The position numbers were made by a program, and so were the translations under genes. Shown one piece after another: positions 18,791 to 28,008 of a stretch of DNA of 32,000 bases (positions are counted from its first letter, which is position 1; each line of letters starts with the position of its first letter). Location: NCBI RefSeq assembly GCF_000284455.1, contig NC_017039.1, positions 3,210,001 through 3,242,000 on the forward strand. Direction: 5' to 3'. Below the pieces are notes generated by a model. That model had not been told where the DNA came from. It saw nothing but the letters and a program-made list of their open reading frames with translations, and ran no database searches. This DNA is from Synechocystis sp. PCC 6803 substr. PCC-P (GTDB lineage Bacteria; Cyanobacteriota; Cyanobacteriia; Cyanobacteriales; Microcystaceae).

Positions 18791-19378
18791 ATGATTATTG
18801 CCATCACTGCCCTCAAAGGGGGCGTTGGGAAAACCACCACCGCTGTCCACCTGGCAGCCTATCTGCAACAAAAGGATCAAACATTGCTGATTGATGCGGA
18901 CCGTAACCGTTCGGCATTAATCTGGGCGAGGGAAGAAAAATTACCCTTCTACGTTGCTTCCCAAGCGGGCTCCACCGCATTAATCCGTAAGTATCCCCAC
19001 ATTGTGGTGGACACTAGAGCCATGCCAGAGTTGGATGAATTTCGGGATTTGGCAGAGGGGAGCGATTTATTGATTATTCCCACCACTCCCAACCATTTGG
19101 ATTTAGATGCCACTTTAAAGGCGGCGGAGCAATTGGCCTCCCTCAAGGTTAACTACAAAATTTTGTTAACCAAGGTAGATGCCCGTACCCGTAGTGGTCG
19201 CGAAGCAAGGCAATTATTACAGGCGGAAAATTTACCTCTGTTCACAACGGAAATTCCCCTATTGGTGGCCTTTGAGCGGGCTTCCCAGTCGGGGGTAATT
19301 ATTCGAGATTACGTTGATCCCCGTTCCCATTTGGCCTGGGGGCGCTATAAGGCGGTGGGCCGGGAAATTTTACCCTAG
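18791..19378 (+). CDS. Small ParA/ParF-like deviant Walker-A ATPase
   Basis: 195 aa with KGGVGKTT (including the signature Lys), LIDADRN and VVDTRA. Confidence 0.88.
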   Translation: MIIAITALKGGVGKTTTAVHLAAYLQQKDQTLLIDADRNRSALIWAREEKLPFYVASQAGSTALIRKYPHIVVDTRAMPELDEFRDLAEGSDLLIIPTTPNHLDLDATLKAAEQLASLKVNYKILLTKVDARTRSGREARQLLQAENLPLFTTEIPLLVAFERASQSGVIIRDYVDPRSHLAWGRYKAVGREILP

Positions 19379-19396
19379 ACTTTGGCACAATATTTG

Positions 19397-20707
19397 ATGA
19401 CGGTTCCCTACCCTACTCCCCTACTAGCTACATCCAGCAAAGCTTTGTACCATCAGGTTTCCAGCCTGTTACTGTATCAAGGTATTTTCGACAATCCCAT
19501 TGGGGAAGCTTTTTTAGATTTGTTGCGCTGTTTGCACCACAATGGCACGAATCAAAAGCCGGAAGCTACGGTTTGTTTGCAAGCCTATGGGGTGTGGTTT
19601 CGCCATTTGGCCGAGGCGGGTCAGAGTTGGCAGGACTTTTTACTCGATCGCCTGTTGGAGGATGAGAATCCATTTAGTGTGCGGGTGCAAAGGGAAGAAT
19701 TGGCCCAATTACCAACCAGTTTGCAGGATGCGGCTCGCCATGACCTGAATTTGATCCAAATGGTGTATCAATGCCCACCGGAACAGATTTTGCAGTGGGT
19801 AATCATTGCTTCCCAAACTCCAGTGGCGTTAAAGGCTTGGCAAGTGCCCAACCAACTAGAGTTTCCTGCAGAAGGCGGCCAAAACTGGGGCGAAAATTTG
19901 GCTTATCTGGTGGCCCATTATCGACAAAAAGGCGTGGGAGCCGTGGCCCATTACCGGGCTTTTCGTTGGCGGGGGAAAAACTTACAGGGGGTACCCCAAA
20001 TCGATGGCGTTCGATTGGCAGACTTGGTGGGCTACGATGATCCCCAAAAGATCCTCTGTCAAAATACGCAATGCCTTTTGCAGGGACTGCCGGCGCTGAA
20101 TGTGTTGCTCTATGGCAGTCGAGGCAGTGGTAAATCTTCTTTGGTGAAAGCCTTGGTTAATCAGTACGGCGATCGGGGTTTGCGCCTAGTGGAAGTATCT
20201 CCCCGGGATTTGATTACCCTGCCTTTATTGGTGGGAAAACTACGTACCTATCCTCAGAAATTTATCATTTTTGTTGATGACCTCTCCTTTGAAGAGGAGG
20301 ATGAGCGTTTTAAAAGTTTAAAGGTTGTCTTAGAAGGGGATTTGGTCGCCCGCCCCGCTAATGTGGTCATTTATGCCACCAGTAACCGCCGTCATTTAAT
20401 TCGCGAATTTTTTGGCGATCGCCCTTCGCCCCAGGATGCTGACGAAGTACAGGCTTGGGACACGGTGCAGGAAAAATTATCCTTTAGTGACCGTTTTGGT
20501 TTAACCCTAACTTTTCCGCCGGCTAACCAGGACACGTATTTGATGATAGTACACCACTTGGCTAAACAGGCGCAGATTAATTTATCGGAAACGGAGTTAG
20601 ATTTCCGGGCTAAACAATGGGCCACCAGGCATAATGGGCGATCAGGCCGCACAGCGAGGCAATTTGTGGATTATTTAATCGGCGAGCAGGGTTTGACTTC
20701 CCCTTAA
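19397..20707 (+). CDS. P-loop ATPase of the DUF815 type with a long N-terminal extension
   Basis: ATG 19397 (a TTG at 19382 is also possible). The core reads FRWRGKNLQGV..LADLVGYDDPQKILCQNTQCLLQGLPALNVLLYGSRGSGKSSLVKA (Walker A) and FIIFVDDLSFEEE (Walker B). About 190 residues precede the part I recognise. Confidence 0.8.
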   Translation: MTVPYPTPLLATSSKALYHQVSSLLLYQGIFDNPIGEAFLDLLRCLHHNGTNQKPEATVCLQAYGVWFRHLAEAGQSWQDFLLDRLLEDENPFSVRVQREELAQLPTSLQDAARHDLNLIQMVYQCPPEQILQWVIIASQTPVALKAWQVPNQLEFPAEGGQNWGENLAYLVAHYRQKGVGAVAHYRAFRWRGKNLQGVPQIDGVRLADLVGYDDPQKILCQNTQCLLQGLPALNVLLYGSRGSGKSSLVKALVNQYGDRGLRLVEVSPRDLITLPLLVGKLRTYPQKFIIFVDDLSFEEEDERFKSLKVVLEGDLVARPANVVIYATSNRRHLIREFFGDRPSPQDADEVQAWDTVQEKLSFSDRFGLTLTFPPANQDTYLMIVHHLAKQAQINLSETELDFRAKQWATRHNGRSGRTARQFVDYLIGEQGLTSP

Positions 20708-20729
20708 CATTTTTCGTTTTAACATCACT

Positions 20730-21008
20730 ATGGATTGGCAACTGTTTGGTCTAAGTTTCATCACCGTTTTTCTAGCGGAAATTGGCGACAAAAGCCAGTT
20801 GGCGGCGATCGCCTTGGGGGGAAGTGCCAAATCTCCCCGGGCCGTATTTTTCGGTTCCGTGACGGCATTAATTTTAGCCAGTTTCCTTGGGGTTTTGGCT
20901 GGGGGCAGTTTAGCTCAATTTTTGCCGACTAAATTACTCAAAGCATTGGCCGCCTTGGGGTTTACCATCATGGCCCTGCGTTTACTTTGGCCTAACCAAG
21001 AAGATTAG
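20730..21008 (+). CDS. Single-domain UPF0016 (GDT1/TMEM165-type) membrane protein
   Basis: 92 aa with three hydrophobic segments and one copy of the family signature E-x-G-D-K-S (AEIGDKSQ). Full-length members carry two such halves. Confidence 0.8.
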   Translation: MDWQLFGLSFITVFLAEIGDKSQLAAIALGGSAKSPRAVFFGSVTALILASFLGVLAGGSLAQFLPTKLLKALAALGFTIMALRLLWPNQED

Positions 21009-21637
21009 ATCACCGATCGCAATTTTTCCACCCAGTCCAGCAGGCGATCGCCATTAACCCGGTAACTGAGGGGATGGGCAATGAGGCGGGCGCTACTGTC
21101 GAACAAAACTTCGATTTCCATCAAGCCATTCTCTTGGAGAGTGCGACCAGTGGAAACTAAATCCACAATGGCTTCCGACATGCCCGTAATGGGCCCCAAC
21201 TCCACCGAGCCATAAAGGGGAATAATTTCCACCGGCAAATCCAAACGTCGGAAATGCTCCAGGGCACAATGGACAAACTTAGAAGCCACCCGACCATGGG
21301 GCGGTAAATCCACCGATCGCCGATAGGGACTGGCCTGGGGCACGGCCACCGAAAGACGACAGCCACCAAAATTTAAATCCGCCAACTGGGCCACCGCTGG
21401 TTTCTTTTCCCGCAGAATGTCGTAGCCCACAATGCCCAACTGGGCCTGGCCATATTCCACATACACCGGCACATCCCAGGCCCTCACCAGTAAAGCCTTA
21501 GCCCGATGGGTGGGGTCCAGAATTTGTAACTGACGGTTTTTCGGTTCGAGGAAAGCAGAAAAATCTAGGCCAATTTGCTGAAAACGGTCAATACTATCCC
21601 GCAACAACGAGCCTTTCGGTAAAGCAATGGTGAGCAT
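21005..21637 (-). CDS. hisG: ATP phosphoribosyltransferase, short (HisZ-dependent) form
   Basis: 210 aa with [10 protein letters not shown], the PRPP-binding loop [14 protein letters not shown], and no C-terminal regulatory domain. Confidence 0.93.
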   Translation of the reverse strand: MLTIALPKGSLLRDSIDRFQQIGLDFSAFLEPKNRQLQILDPTHRAKALLVRAWDVPVYVEYGQAQLGIVGYDILREKKPAVAQLADLNFGGCRLSVAVPQASPYRRSVDLPPHGRVASKFVHCALEHFRRLDLPVEIIPLYGSVELGPITGMSEAIVDLVSTGRTLQENGLMEIEVLFDSSARLIAHPLSYRVNGDRLLDWVEKLRSVI

Positions 21638-21643
21638 AACAAT

Positions 21644-23014
21644 TTAAGGTTGACCCGACTGCGGGGCTGGGGGCACTTGCCAATTATCAATAATACGTTG
21701 CCGTGGCCTGGCGATCGCCAAAGATCCTGCGGGCACATCCCGATTGATCACCGACCCCGCCGCCACCGTTACCCCTTCCCCCACCTGCACTGGGGCCACA
21801 AACACACTATTGGCACCGGTTTTAGTGCCACTACCAATTACGGTTGCATGCTTGCTCACCCCGTCATAATTAGCCGTAATGGTACCGGCCCCCACATTGA
21901 CCCGCTGTCCCAGCATCGCGTCCCCCAGGTAACTTAAATGGGCCACATTAGATTGGGCACCAATGACAGATTTTTTCACTTCGACAAAATTGCCAATGCG
22001 ACAGTTGGCTTGAATATCCGCCTCCCCTCGAACGTGGCTATAGGGTCCAAGGCGACAACCGTCCCCAATCTGACTTTGGCTAACCACGGAAAATAGAACT
22101 GATGCATCAGATCCGACAATACTATCCTCGATCAGACTACCGGGGCCAATGCGACTACCCCGACCAATCACAGTTTTACCCCGCAGGTGAGTGTTGGGTT
22201 CAATGATCACATCCGCTTCTAGTACTACTGTGTCGTCAATAGTGATGCTATCGGGGTTGATCAAAGTAATGCCCTGGGCCATCCAGTCATCCTTGATGCG
22301 ATTTTGCAAAATATCATTGGCCGCCGCCAACTGTTTGCGGTCATTGATGCCGTTAATTTCTAAATAATCGTCCACATCCACCGCCATCACCTGGTCCAGG
22401 TAGTCCACTACTTCCGTTAGGTAATATTCCTTTTGATCATTGTTGGCTGATAATTTAGGCAAAGCGGCCGCTAATCGAGGCCAGTGGAAGCAATAAATAC
22501 CGCCATTGACTCGATGGTTTTGCCGTTGGGCCGCATTACAATCCCGGTCCTCGACAATTTGCGTAACCCGATTATCCCCGTTGCAAAATACCCGGCCGTA
22601 ACCCTTCGGATCTGGCAAATGGGCTGTGAGCAGGGTGGCCGCATTGCCATGGCGTTGGTGGGTAGCAAGCAAATTTTCCAAGGTTTCTGACCGGAGCAGA
22701 GGGGCATCCCCATTCAACACCAACAAATCCCCCTGGTAATCCTGGAGGCAAGGCAGTAACTGCTGAATAGCGTGGCCAGTCCCCAACTGTTCCCTTTGCT
22801 CAACAAATTCCACGTCCGATCGCCCGGCCAAAGAAGATTCCACGGCGGCGGCCTGGTAGCCCACAATCAATATCTGTCTTTCCGGGGCCAGGGGACGGCA
22901 ACTTTGTAATACCCTTTCCACCAAACTGTAGCCCCCCAATTGGTGGAGCACCTTGGGTAAATCTGATTTCATGCGGGTGCCTTTCCCCGCCGCTAATACT
23001 GCAACCGCCACCAT
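21644..23014 (-). CDS. glmU: Bifunctional UDP-N-acetylglucosamine pyrophosphorylase / GlcN-1-P acetyltransferase
   Basis: The start is placed at ATG 23014 ([24 protein letters not shown]). The C-terminus carries left-handed beta-helix hexapeptide repeats. It lies 6 nt upstream of hisG. Confidence 0.93.
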
Positions 23015-23265
23015 AATGGTTTTCTGTCCTGATCGTCGCCATTGAGTATATCGTGATTGGGGCAAGGCAAATTCAGGGGGAAAACTACCAGCCAGTCACC
23101 GTTGGCAAAACCTTAACAAAAAGTTTAGAGTTGCCCAAAGTCTAGAAAATTAAGTATTTATACGGAAGTGCAAAGAATTGTAATCGATAATACAGCAAAG
23201 CCCCCCTTTGTTTGTATTTGGGGTTAGGTTATAGTTGTGTATGAGTTTCAACTTTGGTGGCTTTT

Positions 23266-23508
23266 ATGAGTACTGCAACTTTAACACCCCTTCCTTCCTC
23301 CGGTTACGACATTAATATGCTCAAGGATGAGGCTCGCTTGTTAGTGGAGCAGGGCACAGTAAGTCGTCACCAGCCCATTTATGTCCTCTGTCAGTATATT
23401 CCTGCCCGGGAATGGGTCTGTGTGGAATGTGAATTGGAAAGGAATGACTATTTACTGCGGGATCAGATTGGTGACTTGATGTCCTGTGAATATTGGGAAA
23501 ATGATTAA
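23266..23508 (+). CDS. Candidate small hypothetical protein
   Basis: 80 aa from ATG 23266 (TTG 23254 is also open). The product is acidic and has a CVEC pair. It stands alone in an AT-rich gap and I see no clear ribosome-binding site. A weak AT hairpin plus T-rich tract lies at 23525-23552. Confidence 0.35.
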   Translation: MSTATLTPLPSSGYDINMLKDEARLLVEQGTVSRHQPIYVLCQYIPAREWVCVECELERNDYLLRDQIGDLMSCEYWEND

Positions 23509-23573
23509 CTGATTAGTTTTGGTTATAACTTTTAACTTAGTTATTTCGTTTGTTCTAAGTCTAACGTTCCGGT

Positions 23574-24683
23574 CTATTCCCAGTCCTCCTGTAAATTATC
23601 TAAATCCGTTTGCTCACAAAAACTTTGGAGTTCTTGATGCTCCTGACGACGGGAATGACGGCGATATTTTTTAGTTTCTAATTTTGGTTCATCGTACTCC
23701 TGGCCATCACTGCCGGTTTTAGTTTTCAAGCCTGTGTCCGTTTCCCTAGAATTTTCCGGGTTTTGCTGGGCCAAAACTTCCTCCAGAAAGGTTAGGTAAT
23801 GTTCGTACCTTTCCCAATCCTGCCCCACTGCACAGTCCGGTTCTCCCCGGTGCAAACAGTCTTTAAAAAAACATTCCTGCCCTGTTAACTGTTGTCGGGC
23901 TTCGGGAAAAAGATGAATTAGTTGGGCCGGTTCAACGGCCAGGTCTGGTTGGTTGAAGCCTGGAGTATCGGCTAGTAGCCCCCCGTGGGGAAGGTCAAAT
24001 AGTTCCACATGGCGAGTGGTGTGGCGCCCTTTTCGCAGTTTGCCCGACACATTTTTGACCTGTTGTTCTACCCCTGGCACCAGCAGGTTGATCAGACTGG
24101 ATTTGCCCACTCCGGAGGGGCCGGCCATTAAGCTAATGCGGCTCCTTAGTTTTTCCTGTAATTTTTCCACGCCCCAGCGATTTTCCACGCTGATAATGAT
24201 CGGTGCGTAACCCCAGGCCGCCAGGCGATCGCCCCAGAATTTAACATCGGTTTCCTGCACCAAATCCTGTTTATTGAAGCAAAGGCTAATTTCCAGTCCC
24301 GTGGCTTCTGCTTGCACCAAAAATCGACTTAACTGCCATTCTTCCAGGGGAGGATCGGTGAGGGCAAAAACTAAACAAATTTGTTCGGCATTGGCCACCG
24401 GTGGCCGCTCCAACACAGTGCGGCGGGGATAAACTTTGGCGATCGCCCCTAGATCCCCCTCGGCCACCATGGGCACTGGTGCAGTATTGCTACGACCATG
24501 CAACAACAAAGAAGGAGGTAATTCCACCCGGACTTGATCCCCCACCATGACCTTTTGCCCCACTTTTTTCAGACGGGTACGGCGGGTGCAGAGTAGTGGT
24601 TGAGACGTCACATTCCGTAGCCGCACCCAATAGTAGTTAGCTTGAACGGCAATAACCGTACCTTCATCCGTAGCTTTGGTCAT
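23574..24683 (-). CDS. rsgA: Ribosome small-subunit-dependent GTPase A (circularly permuted GTPase)
   Basis: The motif order is G4 NKQDL, then G1 GPSGVGKSS, then G3 DTPG. A Zn-finger context CFFKDCLHRGEPDC follows. About 66 aa of charged C-terminal tail lies beyond the usual end. Confidence 0.9.
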   Translation of the reverse strand: MTKATDEGTVIAVQANYYWVRLRNVTSQPLLCTRRTRLKKVGQKVMVGDQVRVELPPSLLLHGRSNTAPVPMVAEGDLGAIAKVYPRRTVLERPPVANAEQICLVFALTDPPLEEWQLSRFLVQAEATGLEISLCFNKQDLVQETDVKFWGDRLAAWGYAPIIISVENRWGVEKLQEKLRSRISLMAGPSGVGKSSLINLLVPGVEQQVKNVSGKLRKGRHTTRHVELFDLPHGGLLADTPGFNQPDLAVEPAQLIHLFPEARQQLTGQECFFKDCLHRGEPDCAVGQDWERYEHYLTFLEEVLAQQNPENSRETDTGLKTKTGSDGQEYDEPKLETKKYRRHSRRQEHQELQSFCEQTDLDNLQEDWE

Positions 24684-24701
24684 TGGTTAACCCCTAGTCC
24701 C

Positions 24702-24956
24702 CTAGGGAACTGTCGCCGGAACGGTAATGGTTAAACAATAGGCCGATTCTCCTTCCAGTGCTCGTAGGGATTGCTCCGTATAGCCTTCCAATTCCAAGCT
24801 ATGGGGTACCTGCTCCACTGGTTCTCCCTCATCTAGCCAGACTTCCAGGCATTGTCCTGGGGCCATCTGGGCCAATTTGAGCTTAGTGCGAACAAAATTA
24901 ATCGGACAGGGAGTGCCCCGCAGATCTAGCAAGATTGATTCATTATCCAGGCTCAT
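24702..24956 (-). CDS. TusA/SirA-like small sulfur-carrier family protein
   Basis: 84 aa with [19 protein letters not shown] (Cys-Pro-x-Pro motif). Its start ATG overlaps the dnaJ stop (ATGA at 24953-24956). Confidence 0.8.
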   Translation of the reverse strand: MSLDNESILLDLRGTPCPINFVRTKLKLAQMAPGQCLEVWLDEGEPVEQVPHSLELEGYTEQSLRALEGESAYCLTITVPATVP

Positions 24957-26086
24957 TTATGGAATAATCCCCCTAAAAATCCTTCTAATCCACCTTTGCC
25001 GTGGCTTTCTCCTTTGATAGTGGCCAATCGTTCCAATAGCTCCCGCTCTTCCGAGTTAATCCGGGTGGGAATTTGTACCTTAACCGTGATTAGATGGTCG
25101 CCCCGAATGGTGGCGTTGCCTAATTTGGGCACCCCTTTATTTTCCAGGGTTAAGACGGTGTTGGGTTGGGTGCCGGCGGGGATAGTCAATTCTGCTTTAC
25201 CGTCCACTGTGTCCACTTCCAGACGACAACCAAGGATGGCTTGGAGATAGCTCACTTCCAAATTGGAACGAATATTCATCCCTTCCCGGACAAAATGCTT
25301 ATCCGTTTCCACCATCAGGAAGACGTACAGATCCCCTGCGGGACCACCCCGTAAACCAGCATCTCCTTCTTTACCCACCCGCAAACGGGTACCATCATCC
25401 ACTCCGGCGGGAATGGTAATTTTCAGCTTTTTCGTTTCCTGTTTGCGGCCGACCCCGTTACAGGCTTCACATTTCTGTTCAATGACTTCGCCGCTGCCGT
25501 TACAGGTAGGACAGGCGGAAACTTGGGCAAAACTACCAAAGGGGGTGCGGGTGGCCCGACGGACTTGTCCAGCGCCATTACAGGTGCCACAGGTTTTAAC
25601 CCCAGTGCCGGGCTTGGCCCCAGTGCCCTCACAGACCTGACAGGATTCCAGGTGGGGAATGCGAATTTCTTTTTCGCCGCCAAAAATAGCTTCCTGGAAA
25701 GTTAACTGTAAATCTAGCCGTAGATCATCCCCCCTGGTGGGACCATTGGCTCGACGACGACCCCGCTGCTGGCCGCCCATGCCACCGCCAAAGCCACCAA
25801 AAATGGTTTCAAAAATGTCGGCAAAATCGCCCATATTGCCCACATCGAAGCCCTGGGCACCGCCACCGCTGACCCCCGCTTCACCAAATTGATCGTAGCG
25901 TTGACGAATTTCTGGCTCCGATAGCACTTCGTAGGCTCGGTTAATTTCTTTGAATTTTTCCTCTGCTCCTGGTTCTTTATTAACGTCAGGATGATATTTC
26001 CGGGCTAACCGACGGTAGGCTCGTTTGATTTCATCTTTATCAGCATCCCGCGTCACTCCAAGCGTTTGGTAATAATCCCCAGGCAT
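24953..26086 (-). CDS. dnaJ: Molecular chaperone DnaJ (type I)
   Basis: J domain with HPD (KYHPDVNK), a Gly/Phe-rich linker, and four CxxCxGxG zinc-finger repeats. Confidence 0.95.
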   Translation of the reverse strand: MPGDYYQTLGVTRDADKDEIKRAYRRLARKYHPDVNKEPGAEEKFKEINRAYEVLSEPEIRQRYDQFGEAGVSGGGAQGFDVGNMGDFADIFETIFGGFGGGMGGQQRGRRRANGPTRGDDLRLDLQLTFQEAIFGGEKEIRIPHLESCQVCEGTGAKPGTGVKTCGTCNGAGQVRRATRTPFGSFAQVSACPTCNGSGEVIEQKCEACNGVGRKQETKKLKITIPAGVDDGTRLRVGKEGDAGLRGGPAGDLYVFLMVETDKHFVREGMNIRSNLEVSYLQAILGCRLEVDTVDGKAELTIPAGTQPNTVLTLENKGVPKLGNATIRGDHLITVKVQIPTRINSEERELLERLATIKGESHGKGGLEGFLGGLFHK

Positions 26087-26192
26087 AATGCGTCGATGTT
26101 TTGCTTAACAATAATTGACAAGGCTTCTGTAGTGTTTACTGTAGCAAACTCTCGCCCCCAGATGGTTGCCCAGAAATCCCCACCTCCGCATC

Positions 26193-26696
26193 TTAACCAA
26201 TGTCGTTGCGGACTCCGTTCAGACCAGCCAGGGCAATGGCAATGGCATCTACACTATCGTCGATGGGTAGGTCTTCTAGACCAAAAAAATTCTGCACCAT
26301 GGCGGCCACCTCGGCTTTATTGGCTTTACCGTTGCCCAGATGGCATTTCCAACTGGATTGGTGCAAAAAGACGGGCTGAATGCTCTTTTCCCGGTAAATA
26401 ACGAGGTTTATCACCCCCAAGGCCTGCATTACGCCTCCGGCCGCTTTGATTTGCCGACTAAAAAAAGGCATTTCCATGGCGATCGCCTGGGGGGAAAATT
26501 CTTCTAGTAGGACGTGGATATCCTGCTCAATTTCCACCAATCTTTCTGGGGTGCTGAGATTTTTAGATGTTTCGATAATGCCATAGTCCACCAAGTGAGC
26601 CGATAGATCCGGCTGACCGTCGAGAATAGCCCAACCAATAATGGCTAAACCGGGGTCAATGCCCAACCAGCGTTGGGCCGCTTCAGTTTGATCCAT
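26193..26696 (-). CDS. ruvC: Holliday junction resolvase RuvC
   Basis: 167 aa with WLGIDPGLAIIGWAIL at the N-terminus and the DDSVDAIAIAL context near the C-terminus. Confidence 0.9.
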   Translation of the reverse strand: MDQTEAAQRWLGIDPGLAIIGWAILDGQPDLSAHLVDYGIIETSKNLSTPERLVEIEQDIHVLLEEFSPQAIAMEMPFFSRQIKAAGGVMQALGVINLVIYREKSIQPVFLHQSSWKCHLGNGKANKAEVAAMVQNFFGLEDLPIDDSVDAIAIALAGLNGVRNDIG

Positions 26697-26700
26697 TAGG

Positions 26701-27576
26701 TTAATTATTTTGATCTAGTTCAGCTAAAATTTCCACGGCTTGCTCACACAAAGCTCCATGGTGGGAACCATTGCTAGCCAGGATACCGCCCCATTGCCGC
26801 ACGTCGCCCCGGTTATACAACACAGGGGTCTGGTCAAAATAGGTAAACTCTCCCCCCGCTTCGGTGAGAATCAACTCCGGGGCCGCAAAGTCCCAATCCT
26901 TAGCGGCGGATTTACCGGAGAGGGAAATGTACACATCGCTCTGTCCCTCCAAAATCGTGACGATTTTACAGCCCACACTGCCCACATAATGGCGATCGCC
27001 AAAGGGTAAACGGTCAATCAAATCTTGGAAACGTTGGTCCCGATGGCTACGGCTCACTACTAGGGTTAAAGATTCTAATTCAGTTTTAGGCTTCACCTTC
27101 ACTGGGGTTATTGCCCCGGCTTTGGTTTCTCGAAAACAGCCCTGACCTTGGATGGCATAGTAAAGCTTTTGGGCTTCCGGCATGCCCACTAGGGCCAACA
27201 CCGGCCGCTGGCGATAGGTCAAAGCAATATGCAGGGCATATTCCCCGGTTTTATCAATGAAGTCCCTGGTGCCATCGAGGGGGTCAATAATCCAAACCCA
27301 ATCCTGGGGTAATGGTTCGTTGCCCTGGTGGGTTTCTTCGCTTAGATAGCCAAATTCTTCCGGGTTAAAGGTAGCTTGCAAAGTAGCCAAAATATATTGA
27401 TTGGCCGCCAAATCCGCCGCTGTTACGGGGCCATCCTGTTTATCTTCGTTGGCATTTAAATTGGTCTGATTCTGGCCACTGTAGTAGGACTGAAGAATTT
27501 CCATTGCGCCCCAGCCGGCGGTGCGGAGAGTAGTTAAGCCGGAATCTAGGTTGGGTAAAAGCTCGCTTATGACCAT
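26701..27576 (-). CDS. cysQ: Inositol monophosphatase family protein, CysQ-like 3'(2'),5'-bisphosphate nucleotidase
   Basis: 291 aa with SEE, WIIDPLDGTRDF and the WDFAAPELIL motifs. Its stop lies 4 nt from the ruvC start. Confidence 0.8.
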   Translation of the reverse strand: MVISELLPNLDSGLTTLRTAGWGAMEILQSYYSGQNQTNLNANEDKQDGPVTAADLAANQYILATLQATFNPEEFGYLSEETHQGNEPLPQDWVWIIDPLDGTRDFIDKTGEYALHIALTYRQRPVLALVGMPEAQKLYYAIQGQGCFRETKAGAITPVKVKPKTELESLTLVVSRSHRDQRFQDLIDRLPFGDRHYVGSVGCKIVTILEGQSDVYISLSGKSAAKDWDFAAPELILTEAGGEFTYFDQTPVLYNRGDVRQWGGILASNGSHHGALCEQAVEILAELDQNN

Positions 27577-27712
27577 AGGAATAAATGCAGTGGCATCGAA
27601 AATTAAAGGGGCGATTCTAATTCAACCACTCCAGGCGTTGGGCTGGGTAAGATTGTGTTTAGGCATTGGAGCCAAATGCCTAAGTCCCATTGGTCATTGG
27701 CAGTAATATCGC

Positions 27713-27844
27713 TCAAAATCCCAACAGAGTAAAGCGCACCAAATGGTAGCCCAGACAAAGGCAGAACAAGACAATCAGGGCTGTCAAGCTGGTGAGTACA
27801 ATGCGCAAAAGTACTTTTTCGTAATCACTCCACAGTGGATTCAC
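27713..27844 (-). CDS. Candidate 43-aa single-TM micro-protein (below the ORF-track cutoff)
   Basis: A GTG start is the first start codon after the in-frame stop at 27857-27859. It encodes MNPLWSDYEKVLLRIVLTSLTALIVLFCLCLGYHLVRFTLLGF. I translated it codon by codon. I saw no ribosome-binding site. Confidence 0.25.
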   Translation of the reverse strand: MNPLWSDYEKVLLRIVLTSLTALIVLFCLCLGYHLVRFTLLGF

Positions 27845-28008
27845 GGGGAAATTTTTTCACTTTTGAACAATCCATTCAGACTAGTTAGAGTGGCTGGCCG
27901 GAGGAGCTTGGGCAACAAAATTAACGATTCCATCCTACTATTTAAAATTGGAATGAGCTAATTTCACCTCTTAGCCGCAAAAATATCCCTTGCATTGACC
28001 GTCAATTT

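Noticed and set aside
23015-23065. A 17-aa extension of the glmU ORF.
   Set aside because: The conserved GlmU N-terminus ([12 protein letters not shown]) follows directly after ATG 23014.
25263-25640. Long antisense and nested ORFs inside well-supported genes. Examples are 25263-25640 and 25423-25683 within dnaJ, 1391-1795 within trpB, 17794-18099 and 17937-18278 within psbD, and 29674-29949 within amt.
   Set aside because: They overlap CDSs with strong family signatures. Their translations are low-complexity (Pro/Arg/Gly/Ser-rich), as expected for alternative frames of GC-biased coding sequence.
26115-26143. TTGACA followed by the direct repeat CTGTAG-N5-CTGTAG in the ruvC-dnaJ spacer, considered as a promoter, SOS-type box or heat-shock operator.
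   Set aside because: It is a direct repeat, not an inverted one, with no CIRCE-like or LexA-like palindrome. The TTGACA faces antisense into ruvC without a good -10 box.
27743-27961. A 72-aa plus-strand ORF in the cysQ-trpC gap.
   Set aside because: Its composition is not protein-like, and its 5' half is the antisense of the hydrophobic micro-ORF. No motif is visible.
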